Below, piece by piece: positions 1-9,393 of a stretch of DNA of 64,000 nt. A program made the translations under genes and the position numbers. Origin of the DNA: an uncultured virus (IMG/VR IMGVR_UViG_3300025849_000011) (Duplodnaviria > Heunggongvirae > Uroviricota > Caudoviricetes). The stretch lies in IMG/VR virus record IMGVR_UViG_3300025849_000011; one strand, written 5' to 3'. Under the pieces are notes generated by a model that saw nothing but the letters and a program-made list of their open reading frames with translations, was not told the origin of the DNA and made no database searches. The stretch's first letter is position 1, and each line of letters begins with the position of its first letter.

Positions 1-1713
1 TCCATTAAAGTAAATACTAAAAGCACCACTATTCCTAACCACAGCGATGTGATTAAAACTGCCTTCAAGGATAGTACTGGCATTTACTTCCCAGAGATTG
101 GCCACATTATATGAATTATTCCATCTCAATTTACCATTTTGAAACATCAAACCCCAATATCCCGATCCTGTTGAACTAAGAGGGTTAATTATGTTTGAGG
201 CACCTGATCCTAAAGCGTTTGAATCAGTAGAATTGACCCAAAACTCAATGGTAAAATCCCCAGTTCCGAAATTAGCAATATCACTGCTTCCAACGTCAAG
301 GTAATCACCAGTACCATCAAAATATACAGACGCACCATGATCTGCTTCTGAATATGCACCATTATCAAATAAAGATATTGGAGATTTGCTAGGTAAAGCG
401 GCAGATTGATTAGTGAAAGTTCCAGCGTGAATAGAAAAATTATTAGTAGATTCATCTTTGATATATGGTAAATCACCAACTAATAAGTATGTATTTGTAA
501 TTGCAGTCAAAGGTTCTGTAGGGCGAGTAAACGCAGATTCATACACAGATGATCCTATAACAACTCTAGTATCTCGCATGTCTCCAGTATAACAACTTGT
601 TCCGGTTCCACCATCTCTTTTACCAAGTCTTGTTTCTTCAAATTGAAAAGTGGTTGTATTACTTGCAATAGTAGTAATTAAAGTCCCGTCTATAAACCAC
701 CTTAAATTATTTGAAGAGTCTCTTGTCACGGCGAGATGGTGCCATAGACCGTCATTTATAACTTCTGATGTGGCATTTGCTCGATAAATAAATCCGTCAC
801 TATACACTGTAACTGCTCCTATATAGGAGCCACTATACTCAATAAGAAGTTGAAGGTTATCTGCGGCGTTGCCGCCACTTCCATTAGATGCAAAAATTCG
901 TGCATTTGCAGTACCGGAAGGTACAGTATTTACGGTAAATTTTACCCATGTTTCAACACAAAATTCGCCAGAAGCAGCAACGGCACCCGAACCTGTTGTG
1001 TTGTCAAATTTTATGTTATTATCATCTGATGCCGAGTTTTCAAATTTTAATGAATATCCACCATGACGATATGGGCTAAATGTTGATGTTGTTGTATCAC
1101 CAGCAACAGTAATCGTATGATTTGAAGCAGAGGCATCGTCAAAGGTTTGATTAGAACCAGTTGCAGTCGCCTTGACTGATAAAGAAGTATATCTTGAATT
1201 TGTTATAGAAAATTGCAATGTAAATGAACTAACTGCACTCACAACTCCGTTAATTCCATCAGTTACACTAAAGGTTAAACTAAAAGTTCCAACATTTGCG
1301 GTATCTGTTGAAGGTGTAATTGTGAATACGTTATCTGCTTGAGATACTGTAGCAGTACTACCTAATGATCCAGATGATACTGCATAGGACCACGTTAAAG
1401 AGAATCCTTCTGGGTCAGTTGAAACGGCTGTAATAGTTGTGGCGGTTCCATCTATTGCAAGTACATATGCACCATCAACTCCAGTAATAGCAGTTGGTGA
1501 TGCATTTGTAACAGTAGCGATTAAGTACCATCCTACGCCGCTCCAAATATATAATCTATTTGTTGCTACAACAAAAGCAGTATTTCCAGGTGTAGAGCCA
1601 GAAGAGGGTAGATCAGCAAAAGTTGCATATGAATATGATGCTGGTGCAGAGTTTGCGCTTTTAGGAAAACTAACTGATTCAGTTGCATATCTTTTTCTAG
1701 AGTAACTACCCAT
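1..1713 (-). CDS. Virion structural protein with LamG/ConA-like domains (partial, runs off window start)
   Basis: Not in the ORF track; translated by hand from ATG at 1713 (MGSYSRKRYATES...). Open to base 1 with two LamG signatures (GEFCVETWVK...WHHLAVTRD; GDFTIEFWV...NHIAVVRN). Late promoter directly upstream. Confidence 0.8.
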   Translation of the reverse strand, partial: MGSYSRKRYATESVSFPKSANSAPASYSYATFADLPSSGSTPGNTAFVVATNRLYIWSGVGWYLIATVTNASPTAITGVDGAYVLAIDGTATTITAVSTDPEGFSLTWSYAVSSGSLGSTATVSQADNVFTITPSTDTANVGTFSLTFSVTDGINGVVSAVSSFTLQFSITNSRYTSLSVKATATGSNQTFDDASASNHTITVAGDTTTSTFSPYRHGGYSLKFENSASDDNNIKFDNTTGSGAVAASGEFCVETWVKFTVNTVPSGTANARIFASNGSGGNAADNLQLLIEYSGSYIGAVTVYSDGFIYRANATSEVINDGLWHHLAVTRDSSNNLRWFIDGTLITTIASNTTTFQFEETRLGKRDGGTGTSCYTGDMRDTRVVIGSSVYESAFTRPTEPLTAITNTYLLVGDLPYIKDESTNNFSIHAGTFTNQSAALPSKSPISLFDNGAYSEADHGASVYFDGTGDYLDVGSSDIANFGTGDFTIEFWVNSTDSNALGSGASNIINPLSSTGSGYWGLMFQNGKLRWNNSYNVANLWEVNASTILEGSFNHIAVVRNSGAFSIYFNG

Positions 1714-1742
1714 TTAACTAACCTTATATAAATGCTTTAACA

Positions 1743-1982
1743 CTATTTATATAGATTTATTTTTCTTTCGCTTTCCTTTGCCCAAGCATCTTCAAAACCT
1801 TCAAACTGCGTAGGGCTACAGTTACACCAAACCCTTTTAAAATATCCATTAAGTACTCCATGTACATCTTTTATAGAGTAACCATCTGGAATCAACATAC
1901 CCTTAACTGCCCACATTAGACGATTTGCTTCCTTTATTTCTTCTGGACCCATTTCTTCTATAGTGGCGTTATAATTGATCAT
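1743..1982 (-). CDS. Hypothetical protein
   Basis: 79 aa ORF packed in operon. Confidence 0.6.
   Translation of the reverse strand: MINYNATIEEMGPEEIKEANRLMWAVKGMLIPDGYSIKDVHGVLNGYFKRVWCNCSPTQFEGFEDAWAKESERKINLYK
1744..1751 (-). promoter_or_regulatory. T4-type late promoter TATAAATA
   Basis: Exact gp55 consensus 30 nt upstream of the LamG gene. Confidence 0.75.
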
Positions 1983-1985
1983 ATT

Positions 1986-2516
1986 CTAAATCTCAATATT
2001 ATTTTTATGTAATTTAGATTGAATAATATTATAAACTCGTCTGCAATGAAATCCTAAATTGAATAAATCTGAATTATTATCTATCACATAATCTGCCATA
2101 TCTTTCGTTAGTGTCATACTATCACTGCTTTCTGAAGGTAAATATTCCGATCTATCCACCCATATACAAGCATCAAATACATTTTGTTTTTTCATTTCTG
2201 TAAATTCTCTAACATTTCTAAGACCACAATATATATCATGCTCAGAAAATATATCTTTACCTAGTTGTGAAGGATTGTCTTTACAATATTTTGCGATGGC
2301 TTGATACCATTCAGACCTATGATTATGCCTATCATCATAACATTCTTCAAATGATTTGTATTCATACTTGTCTTTTAATTCATCATAAATGAATTTTTTG
2401 CAAGCAAACATACTGCTGGAAATAAAACTTAGTTTAAAATCATTACATAGGATTTCGGATACAGTGTCTTTGCCATGTCTACCATGACCTATAATTAATA
2501 ACTTAGGTTTTCTCAT
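1986..2516 (-). CDS. Deoxynucleoside monophosphate kinase-like P-loop protein
   Basis: LIIGHGRHGKDT Walker A, GLRNVRE, DYVIDNN; T4 gp1/dNMP kinase-like layout. Confidence 0.7.
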   Translation of the reverse strand: MRKPKLLIIGHGRHGKDTVSEILCNDFKLSFISSSMFACKKFIYDELKDKYEYKSFEECYDDRHNHRSEWYQAIAKYCKDNPSQLGKDIFSEHDIYCGLRNVREFTEMKKQNVFDACIWVDRSEYLPSESSDSMTLTKDMADYVIDNNSDLFNLGFHCRRVYNIIQSKLHKNNIEI

Positions 2517-2739
2517 TTATTTCTTCCAACTTATAATATTCCATTACTTCATTAGTTTGAGATTTTGCGATTGCTTCTGCTTTTTGCCAATCACTTTCTT
2601 CTAAATCAAATTCAATCACCTTATCTATCCTCACATCTTGCACTTCGGGCCAGCCTAATGATTGTAACGCATAAGTTACTGTTTGTCCAGCATTATCCAA
2701 AATACCTCTACGAATACATATCATAGCCTTATACCTCAT
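2503..2739 (-). CDS. purS: PurS-like FGAM synthetase subunit
   Basis: 78 aa; GILDNAG...ALQSLG..EVQDVRIDKVIEF...NEVMEYY matches the PurS pattern with divergent DPQG/NPVIE motifs. Confidence 0.7.
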   Translation of the reverse strand: MRYKAMICIRRGILDNAGQTVTYALQSLGWPEVQDVRIDKVIEFDLEESDWQKAEAIAKSQTNEVMEYYKLEEINEKT

Positions 2740-3158
2740 GGCATTGTAAATAAGGCTCTTACGCCGCTATCTTTATCCGTAGGCTGTCTTGCAAAGACCA
2801 CCCACTTATATGCAAACATGGTTTCCTTTGTGGTACAAAATTCTCTAAAAGACGTTCCAGTTGTATATACATCATCAACTACCAACCATGGATGTTTCTG
2901 TTCCCACTCAGAATATTTTCTGAGAGCATTTTGTAATTTTATCCCACCTCTAGGAATACCAACAACTTTTGAAAAGGGTTCCTTTTGATAATCCATGATC
3001 ATTGCTGCTAGACAATCCCATTCTTTATCAGATACAGCATCCATTTCTATTTTCCATTCCATAGGAATGCCAGCGTGAGAAGTAAATTTCTGCTTTTGAA
3101 ATAAATCTATTTGTTCTGAGGGTTCATCGTTACCTAAAGACATTCCGCTAGTAATCAT
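2736..3158 (-). CDS. Type I phosphoribosyltransferase (PyrE-like)
   Basis: FTSHAG, VVGIPRGG and PRPP loop LVVDDVYTTGTS. Confidence 0.75.
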   Translation of the reverse strand: MITSGMSLGNDEPSEQIDLFQKQKFTSHAGIPMEWKIEMDAVSDKEWDCLAAMIMDYQKEPFSKVVGIPRGGIKLQNALRKYSEWEQKHPWLVVDDVYTTGTSFREFCTTKETMFAYKWVVFARQPTDKDSGVRALFTMP

Positions 3159-3167
3159 TTAATTATC

Positions 3168-3407
3168 CTATCCGCTTATATAAGGTGTATCACCTACTTT
3201 TGCTCTGCGCCATTCTTTTTGGTTAAACATTTTTCCTTGAAGTTCTGTTATATGTCTTATCTCATTATCTATATTATCTTTACTACTCTGTTTTTTTACA
3301 GTAAGTCTTTTCATTGCCAATCTTTGTAGTCTGTAACCAAGTGCATTTTCAATCCAATGAATATCTTCTAAGTTTAATTTCCAATTATCTAAGTTGGGTT
3401 TTACCAT
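3168..3407 (-). CDS. Hypothetical protein
   Basis: 79 aa ORF, translationally coupled. Confidence 0.6.
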   Translation of the reverse strand: MVKPNLDNWKLNLEDIHWIENALGYRLQRLAMKRLTVKKQSSKDNIDNEIRHITELQGKMFNQKEWRRAKVGDTPYISG

Positions 3408-3607
3408 TACTTGCTCATTCCTTGAGGATCATACTGTTCACCATTATATGCTGGATATTGATCATCTTCAACTCCAGAATTACAACCAACTACTACTATT
3501 GCTAAAAATATACAAGAGATAATAGTACCTTTTTTCATCCAATACATAAAGCCATCAAATGCTTGTTCAGCCTGTTGTTGTGCTGCATCTTTTATCTCTT
3601 CACTCAT
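3407..3607 (-). CDS. aa3-type cytochrome c oxidase subunit IV-like membrane peptide
   Basis: EQAFDGFMYWMKKGTIISCIFLAIVVV resembles the alphaproteobacterial subunit IV (E-x-T/A-F-x-G-F then one TM helix). Confidence 0.5.
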   Translation of the reverse strand: MSEEIKDAAQQQAEQAFDGFMYWMKKGTIISCIFLAIVVVGCNSGVEDDQYPAYNGEQYDPQGMSK

Positions 3608-4172
3608 TAATATTTTCCTTAAACCATTCTGGTATTTGTCGTTTTGTCCAAACCATCTTAAAATTTTTCTGTTTTGTGTTGTAGTAGTCTTGATATGATT
3701 TTATTGGGTCACTCTCATTTATACATTGCGGTTCATGTTGCATAGCAAGTGCGAATGGACTCATTAAGTATTTGTAACCTGATTTTATATTTTGAGGTGG
3801 TTTTGCTAATTCTGTTTTTAATAAGGTTTCTGTGGCATGTACTTTATCATACCTATATGTATATTCTTTACAAAGTGCAACAAAATGCCTATAGTGCCAA
3901 TCATAATTATTATCGTTTTTCATGGTCCATACTGTACAAGGATGCCCCATGTGTACCGCTTTATACAAAACTTCTTCACGGTAATCTGGCAATCTCCAAT
4001 ATTTAACCATTCTTTTTCCAGACTTGGAAGGACGTAACTCTTGATCACCATCTAACATGCGATGTGCCGTGGAGAGCATTTGTGCGCTCTCCACGATCAT
4101 CTTTACAACGTGTTTGTCACATTGCAATTTTGCGGCAATGATAGGATCATTATCTAGAATAAATATATTCAT
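3600..4172 (-). CDS. Pyrimidine dimer DNA glycosylase/DenV-like family protein
   Basis: MNIFILD..P..AA....DKHVVKMIVESAQMLSTAH, HPCT.W. Confidence 0.65.
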   Translation of the reverse strand: MNIFILDNDPIIAAKLQCDKHVVKMIVESAQMLSTAHRMLDGDQELRPSKSGKRMVKYWRLPDYREEVLYKAVHMGHPCTVWTMKNDNNYDWHYRHFVALCKEYTYRYDKVHATETLLKTELAKPPQNIKSGYKYLMSPFALAMQHEPQCINESDPIKSYQDYYNTKQKNFKMVWTKRQIPEWFKENINE

Positions 4173-4774
4173 TAGTTTTCCATGCGATAAAAAATATGTG
4201 CGCCAATCTGAACTATTTTAGTGAATTCTTTAGCCCATGATGGTGAAACATATGTTGCATGATAATGTGTTGAACCTTCGGTCAATCCTCGCCACTCTCC
4301 ACCACTATACATTGTTACAGCATGATCAACAGATTTTGTCCAAGAATTTTCATTTTGTGGCTCATCTGCTTTACCATCACAATACCAACTGAATTGACAT
4401 TTATTGAGTAATGGTACACCTTTATCATTTAGATAAGATTGATGAACAACCTCACAAGGTGTGTTTGGATATTTTTCGTGTGCCACTCTATTGAGAACCA
4501 CATCTGTAACTGCCATGGCATCAGCCAAAGAAGATGCCATAGTTTCATAATAAATGTTTGTTGCCAAACATTGTACTTGTTTCACTTGTTCTGCTTGCCG
4601 AGCAAGTTCAATTGCATGTTTTTCTGCAATTTCATTTGCTCTTTCTTCTGCTAGTTGTTCTACTGCCTCAGTGGTATCAGATACTTGCTTTTTTGCTTCA
4701 AAAACAGCATAGCCAATACCAGCGGCAATAGCACAATTAACTGCTAATATTCCGATAGTTGTTATACGCTTCAT
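4172..4774 (-). CDS. SleB/Hydrolase_2 cell wall hydrolase with N-terminal membrane anchor
   Basis: CLATNIYYE, VVLNRV, CQFSWYCDG, THYHATYVSPSWA, IGAHIFYR. Confidence 0.85.
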   Translation of the reverse strand: MKRITTIGILAVNCAIAAGIGYAVFEAKKQVSDTTEAVEQLAEERANEIAEKHAIELARQAEQVKQVQCLATNIYYETMASSLADAMAVTDVVLNRVAHEKYPNTPCEVVHQSYLNDKGVPLLNKCQFSWYCDGKADEPQNENSWTKSVDHAVTMYSGGEWRGLTEGSTHYHATYVSPSWAKEFTKIVQIGAHIFYRMEN

Positions 4775-4806
4775 TTGTTGTCCTGTTCTGATTCGTTTAT
4801 GTCTGT

Positions 4807-4835
4807 ATTATGACATACTACAAATCATTTGTCAA
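4807..4835 (-). promoter_or_regulatory. Sigma70-type early promoter
   Basis: TTGACA-17-CATAAT. Confidence 0.6.
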
Positions 4836-5074
4836 CCAAATTTTAAAGTATATTGTGTGTGATGCTCTGGAGATAAATCTTTATAACCCAATGACCAATT
4901 TTCTGCCGCATCTTCTACATATCTGAGGGAATTATTGGGAAAGGTTTCTTCAAAGTATTTTGTTCCATCTTCTGTAAAATATTTTATATACGCATGTTCT
5001 TCTTTATAATCAAAGTGTATTTCGCAATAATCATTACTATTATCGGACCAATAAGTTGAAAGTTTCTTTCCCAT
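4832..5074 (-). CDS. Hypothetical protein
   Basis: 80 aa with AAGGAG RBS. Confidence 0.7.
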   Translation of the reverse strand: MGKKLSTYWSDNSNDYCEIHFDYKEEHAYIKYFTEDGTKYFEETFPNNSLRYVEDAAENWSLGYKDLSPEHHTQYTLKFG

Positions 5075-5112
5075 TTTATTCTCCTTTTTATGTTGGGTAT
5101 AAATTTATTTCA

Positions 5113-5772
5113 TTAAAAAAAGTCGTTTGCGAGTGGAAATATTAAGGAAATTGCTTTTCCACATTGTATGGCTAATTCTCTATGTTCTTTTTGAGTCCCA
5201 TTTGCACTTCTCAATTCAATGTAATGAATCCACGATCTTAGCGTTCCATTGACATACAGACGCGACATTGTAAGACCTTCTGGTAAAACTTTTCTCGCTT
5301 GTTCCTTTGCAATACCATTCCCAATCGCCCAAAGATATGCTTCTTCAGCCTTATCAATCACCTCTTGTTGCATTATATTCCATGCAGATTGTAAATCAGC
5401 ATCATCTGTTTCTATACTATTCTGTCTATTTTTAGTGTCTTGAAGTCTTGCTTCACAAAGTTCAAACATATTGTCACCAAATTCATCAACATTAGCATAT
5501 CTCTGAGAAAACTCTTGAAATGAGAATGACCTATGCCGCAAGAGTTGTCGGGCAATATCTCTTGTTGCTTCAATTTCCATTGTAGCAGATACCATTTCTA
5601 GCGGTGACCAATGCTTATGCTTGATAAGATATTGTAGAAGTTTTTGGCTAGTAGCACTATTGATTTGATTTGAAGGATTTGATACCCTAGCGCAATATGC
5701 AACAAACTCTTGCAGATCGCCCAAGGCTGGTGATTCATGTGGTTGTGTGTACGCTTTTAAAACTGCTTTCAT
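5113..5772 (-). CDS. thyX: Flavin-dependent thymidylate synthase
   Basis: HWSPLE and RQLLRHRSFSFQEFSQRY ThyX motif. Confidence 0.95.
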   Translation of the reverse strand: MKAVLKAYTQPHESPALGDLQEFVAYCARVSNPSNQINSATSQKLLQYLIKHKHWSPLEMVSATMEIEATRDIARQLLRHRSFSFQEFSQRYANVDEFGDNMFELCEARLQDTKNRQNSIETDDADLQSAWNIMQQEVIDKAEEAYLWAIGNGIAKEQARKVLPEGLTMSRLYVNGTLRSWIHYIELRSANGTQKEHRELAIQCGKAISLIFPLANDFF

Positions 5773-5783
5773 AATGTAGTTCC

Positions 5784-6032
5784 TTAATGTAGTGTTTTTG
5801 ACTCGTTATCTTCCATAATACGATTATGTTGTAAAAATATATAGTTTAGCATCCCACGATACTCATCGTCAGTTAACTCCATTCTATAAAGTTTTAAAGA
5901 ATATGCTTGCATTAGTCCTGCAATTTCAAGATGGCTGTATTCTTCTTCATTTAAATCAGCAACTACTTTATGAAATTTATCCCATAATTGAGAAATCTTA
6001 TCTACACTCTCTTGATCTAAAAAATCATCCAT
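5784..6032 (-). CDS. Hypothetical protein
   Basis: 82 aa ORF with GGAG RBS; TATAAATA at 6066-6073 upstream. Confidence 0.6.
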   Translation of the reverse strand: MDDFLDQESVDKISQLWDKFHKVVADLNEEEYSHLEIAGLMQAYSLKLYRMELTDDEYRGMLNYIFLQHNRIMEDNESKTLH

Positions 6033-6095
6033 TTGTAAGATTACTCCATTTTTCTGAGTTAACTATATTTATATTCATTTGACTTTTTAATTTCA

Positions 6096-6611
6096 TTATT
6101 TTATATACCACCATACATTATCTGGACCTACTTTGTGCTTTGGTGTTGATTGCACAACAGCCATTGCTACTTGAATAAGATTTATATCATGTCCAGACAC
6201 CAATCCACCTTTTCTAATTTTTGGAGTCCATAATTCAATATCCCTTTTTACGGAATCCCCATCATGTGAAGCATCAATAAAAACGTAATCAAGAGAACCA
6301 TCTTCAAACTGATTGTGTGCAAGATGTGTGAAGTCTCTAATTAATTTTGCCCTACCGTCAAAACCTTCACAAAATTTAATAAGTTCACCATACCATTCAA
6401 CAGGTGGTTGCTCACACAATTCCTCTGTAGTTGATATATCTTTTGCTTTCCAAATCTTATCGTTTAAAAATACATCAACGCCAATATGTGTTGTATTAGA
6501 ACAATTTACTGTAATGAACTTAAATGTTGGACCTCTCAACACTCCCAATTCTACACCAATCTTATAATTATTTGATCTGATTTGATCTGCTAACCAATGC
6601 GCTCTATTCAT
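6096..6611 (-). CDS. Class I SAM-dependent methyltransferase (Methyltransf_24-like)
   Basis: GVELGV..G, DYVFIDASH, GGLVSGHD. Confidence 0.8.
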   Translation of the reverse strand: MNRAHWLADQIRSNNYKIGVELGVLRGPTFKFITVNCSNTTHIGVDVFLNDKIWKAKDISTTEELCEQPPVEWYGELIKFCEGFDGRAKLIRDFTHLAHNQFEDGSLDYVFIDASHDGDSVKRDIELWTPKIRKGGLVSGHDINLIQVAMAVVQSTPKHKVGPDNVWWYIK

Positions 6612-7981
6612 AACTTAAAATCCTTAAATTTTTCTAAATCTTCGCCTTGAGGTGTTTTATCAAATACTGGAGTATCATCAATTAAAGTCTGTTGATCTTC
6701 ACTTACATCAAACAACCTCATTTTAGAACGATCAACACCTATGACAAACCTCTTTTTGTATGTTGGATCATTGTATCTATTCTTTAATTGTTTAACTGCA
6801 ATTTGACCCATTCCTTCAAGTTCTTCGTTGGATATGAGTGCAAACATGAGGTCTGCTGTTGCTGGAAGGCCGAATGATTCAGAAGTATCTTCCAACCCAA
6901 TATCGGAATTTGAAAAACCTGATCTTGTGGTTTGTGTTGCTGAGACAATCGGTACGTTAAATTCAACTGCGAGTCCTCGCATTTCTTCTGCGATTGCTTT
7001 GATATAGGTGTACGAATTTATTGATCCCCCCATAGCCTTCATTCTGCTACTAGCACAAATATTTAGATAATCTATAAAAATAATATCTGGTTCAAATGAT
7101 TTTTTTAATTTGAGTTCACTTAGCAAACTTCTAAAATGAGCGACATTTGCTTGACCAGTAGGGTATTCTTTAATAATGAATTTACCATTAGTTCTCTTTG
7201 AAATATTAGCAACTCTCTCAGAAAAGTTTTCTTTGCTCAAAGTATTAATTTGATCAATAGGAATGTTTAAAAGATTTGCGTCAATTCTCTCAGCAATTCT
7301 TTCCTCTGCCATTTCCATCGTGATATATAAAACATTTTTACCGTCTGAAAGTGCTGCTGCTGATTGGTGACACATGAAAAGAGATTTACCTACACCAGTA
7401 CCAGCCAAGATAATATTTAATGTTTTCTTAGGTAAACCGCCCTTGGTTATCATATTAAAATATTCTAAATCAAACGCTAATCGTTCTTCAGTACGATGAT
7501 AAAATTCATAGCGTTCTTCAAAATTTCCAAGATAGTCGTGACCAACATTTGTATCAAATGAAACACCCAATGCAGTGCTTAGAATATCAGGTAAAGCATT
7601 TTTAGAAAGTGTTTCATGCTTTCCATCAATGATACTAATTGATTCCATCACTGCATTGAATAATGCGCGGTCTTGACACCACTTCTCAGTAACCTCTAAA
7701 AGATGTTCTTCATCTGAGGGTGTTCCATCAAAGATTTGTGGAATAATCTCCATAGCATGTCTATATTGCTCATCAGTATAACGATCTGATTCATCAATCT
7801 CAATTCTAAACGCTTCTTGAGTGGGCAATCTATTGTATTTACCAGCATATACGCCAACATTGGTAAACATTTGCCGATACACACCCTCAAAATACTCTGG
7901 TTTGATGAAAGGTAAAACCTTACGCATATACTTTTCATCAGAGATTAAGTTTTTTAGAATTATTTGTTCAATATTAGACAA
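6608..7981 (-). CDS. 41: Replicative DNA helicase gp41
   Basis: AGTGVGKS, YITMEMAEE, IDYLNI, SATQTTRSG, KQLKNRY. Confidence 0.95.
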   Translation of the reverse strand: MSNIEQIILKNLISDEKYMRKVLPFIKPEYFEGVYRQMFTNVGVYAGKYNRLPTQEAFRIEIDESDRYTDEQYRHAMEIIPQIFDGTPSDEEHLLEVTEKWCQDRALFNAVMESISIIDGKHETLSKNALPDILSTALGVSFDTNVGHDYLGNFEERYEFYHRTEERLAFDLEYFNMITKGGLPKKTLNIILAGTGVGKSLFMCHQSAAALSDGKNVLYITMEMAEERIAERIDANLLNIPIDQINTLSKENFSERVANISKRTNGKFIIKEYPTGQANVAHFRSLLSELKLKKSFEPDIIFIDYLNICASSRMKAMGGSINSYTYIKAIAEEMRGLAVEFNVPIVSATQTTRSGFSNSDIGLEDTSESFGLPATADLMFALISNEELEGMGQIAVKQLKNRYNDPTYKKRFVIGVDRSKMRLFDVSEDQQTLIDDTPVFDKTPQGEDLEKFKDFKL

Positions 7982-8284
7982 TTAAAGTTCCTTCATTTCA
8001 CCTGTTTTATTAATTATAGCAGTTTCTATGATAGAAGTCAATAGATTACCAGCAAAGTCTTGGAACTCTAAACTACCCTCATCAAGATCATCTATTGGTG
8101 AACTCTCTAGCGTGAAGTCAAATGTCATTTGACTATCCTCATTATCTTTACCATCAAGTGTGATTGTTCCAAAAGAAATTATTGTTTCAGAGTACACACC
8201 TTCTAAAACTCTAATGGACCATGCTTTATCATCTCTAGGATGTGGAATATGTTCATAGTCTACACCTTCTTTAAATTCTGGCAT
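7982..8284 (-). CDS. Hypothetical protein (syntenic with T4 gene 40)
   Basis: Acidic 100 aa ORF between uvsX and 41. Confidence 0.55.
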   Translation of the reverse strand: MPEFKEGVDYEHIPHPRDDKAWSIRVLEGVYSETIISFGTITLDGKDNEDSQMTFDFTLESSPIDDLDEGSLEFQDFAGNLLTSIIETAIINKTGEMKEL

Positions 8285-9339
8285 TATTCACCCTCATTCA
8301 TTATAACTTCATCCATATCAATTTCTGTCTGATACCCAATAGTATACTGCTTTTTAATAAATTCAGCAAAGTCTGTACTATCAAATATAGGCTTCCAAAA
8401 ACTTTCTTCAAGAGTACCAGCCTCACGAACTTTCTTCTCAGATACTTCACCAGTATTCATATCAACTGAACTATACCAACCGTTACTTGGTTTGACAACA
8501 TACCCACCAGCAAGAGCAACTTCTAGTAATCCAGACCAAGGCGCAACGCCACCTTCCCAAGAAACCGTGATGGGAATTTTGGACTTTTCCTTAACGAACC
8601 TAGATTTTTCAACATTGATAACAAAATCATATCCTTGAATTTCGGTTCCCTTTTTATTCTGTCTGCGACCAAGAATCCAAATGTTGTTTGCACTGTAATA
8701 GATTCCAGTTCCACCAGACACAATATCTTTTGGAAATAACCCAATCTCTTTGTATGTATGATTGACTGCAATCATGGGAATGTTCTTCATTGCCAAATAT
8801 GGCGTACACATTCTGAATAGACCTTTGAGTGCCTTTGCTCTTGACATATCTGCTACAGACTTTTCGTTGATTGCATCTTCCATTTCTTTCTTAGATGCAA
8901 GATTACCAATTGAATCAATAACCACGATAACACGGTCAGACTTATCCATTCCCTCAAGTTGAGCGATAAGATCAAATTTCAATTCTTCTACGTTTGTAAT
9001 TGGTGTGTGTAGAACCCTTGCGGTATCAATATCAAACTGTTCAAAGTATGATGCAGGTGATCCAAATTCTGAGTCATAAAATAACATTACAGCATCTTCA
9101 TACTTCTTCAAGTAGGCCGCTGCAATCAACAACGTAAATGAAGTTTTAAAGTGCTTAGATGGCCCAGCCAATACAGTCAAGCCAGGAGTAAGACCACCAT
9201 CTATTGATCCAGATAATGCTACATTCATCATTGGAACTGGTGTTGAAACCTGTTCTTTATTATTAAAAAATTTAGACTCTGAAAGAACTTCTGTGGTCTT
9301 TAGTTTTGAATTCTTTTTGAGTTTGTCCATTATTGACAT
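8284..9339 (-). CDS. uvsX: RecA-like recombinase UvsX
   Basis: AGPSKHFKT, FYDSEFG, IDSIGNLASKKE. Confidence 0.95.
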   Translation of the reverse strand: MSIMDKLKKNSKLKTTEVLSESKFFNNKEQVSTPVPMMNVALSGSIDGGLTPGLTVLAGPSKHFKTSFTLLIAAAYLKKYEDAVMLFYDSEFGSPASYFEQFDIDTARVLHTPITNVEELKFDLIAQLEGMDKSDRVIVVIDSIGNLASKKEMEDAINEKSVADMSRAKALKGLFRMCTPYLAMKNIPMIAVNHTYKEIGLFPKDIVSGGTGIYYSANNIWILGRRQNKKGTEIQGYDFVINVEKSRFVKEKSKIPITVSWEGGVAPWSGLLEVALAGGYVVKPSNGWYSSVDMNTGEVSEKKVREAGTLEESFWKPIFDSTDFAEFIKKQYTIGYQTEIDMDEVIMNEGE

Positions 9340-9364
9340 ATAATTCTCCTATATTAATTACATC

Positions 9365-9393
9365 ATTATAGCATATTCTATAATGATTGTCTA
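9365..9393 (-). promoter_or_regulatory. Sigma70-type promoter for uvsX-41
   Basis: TAGACA-17-TATAAT with extended TG. Confidence 0.65.
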
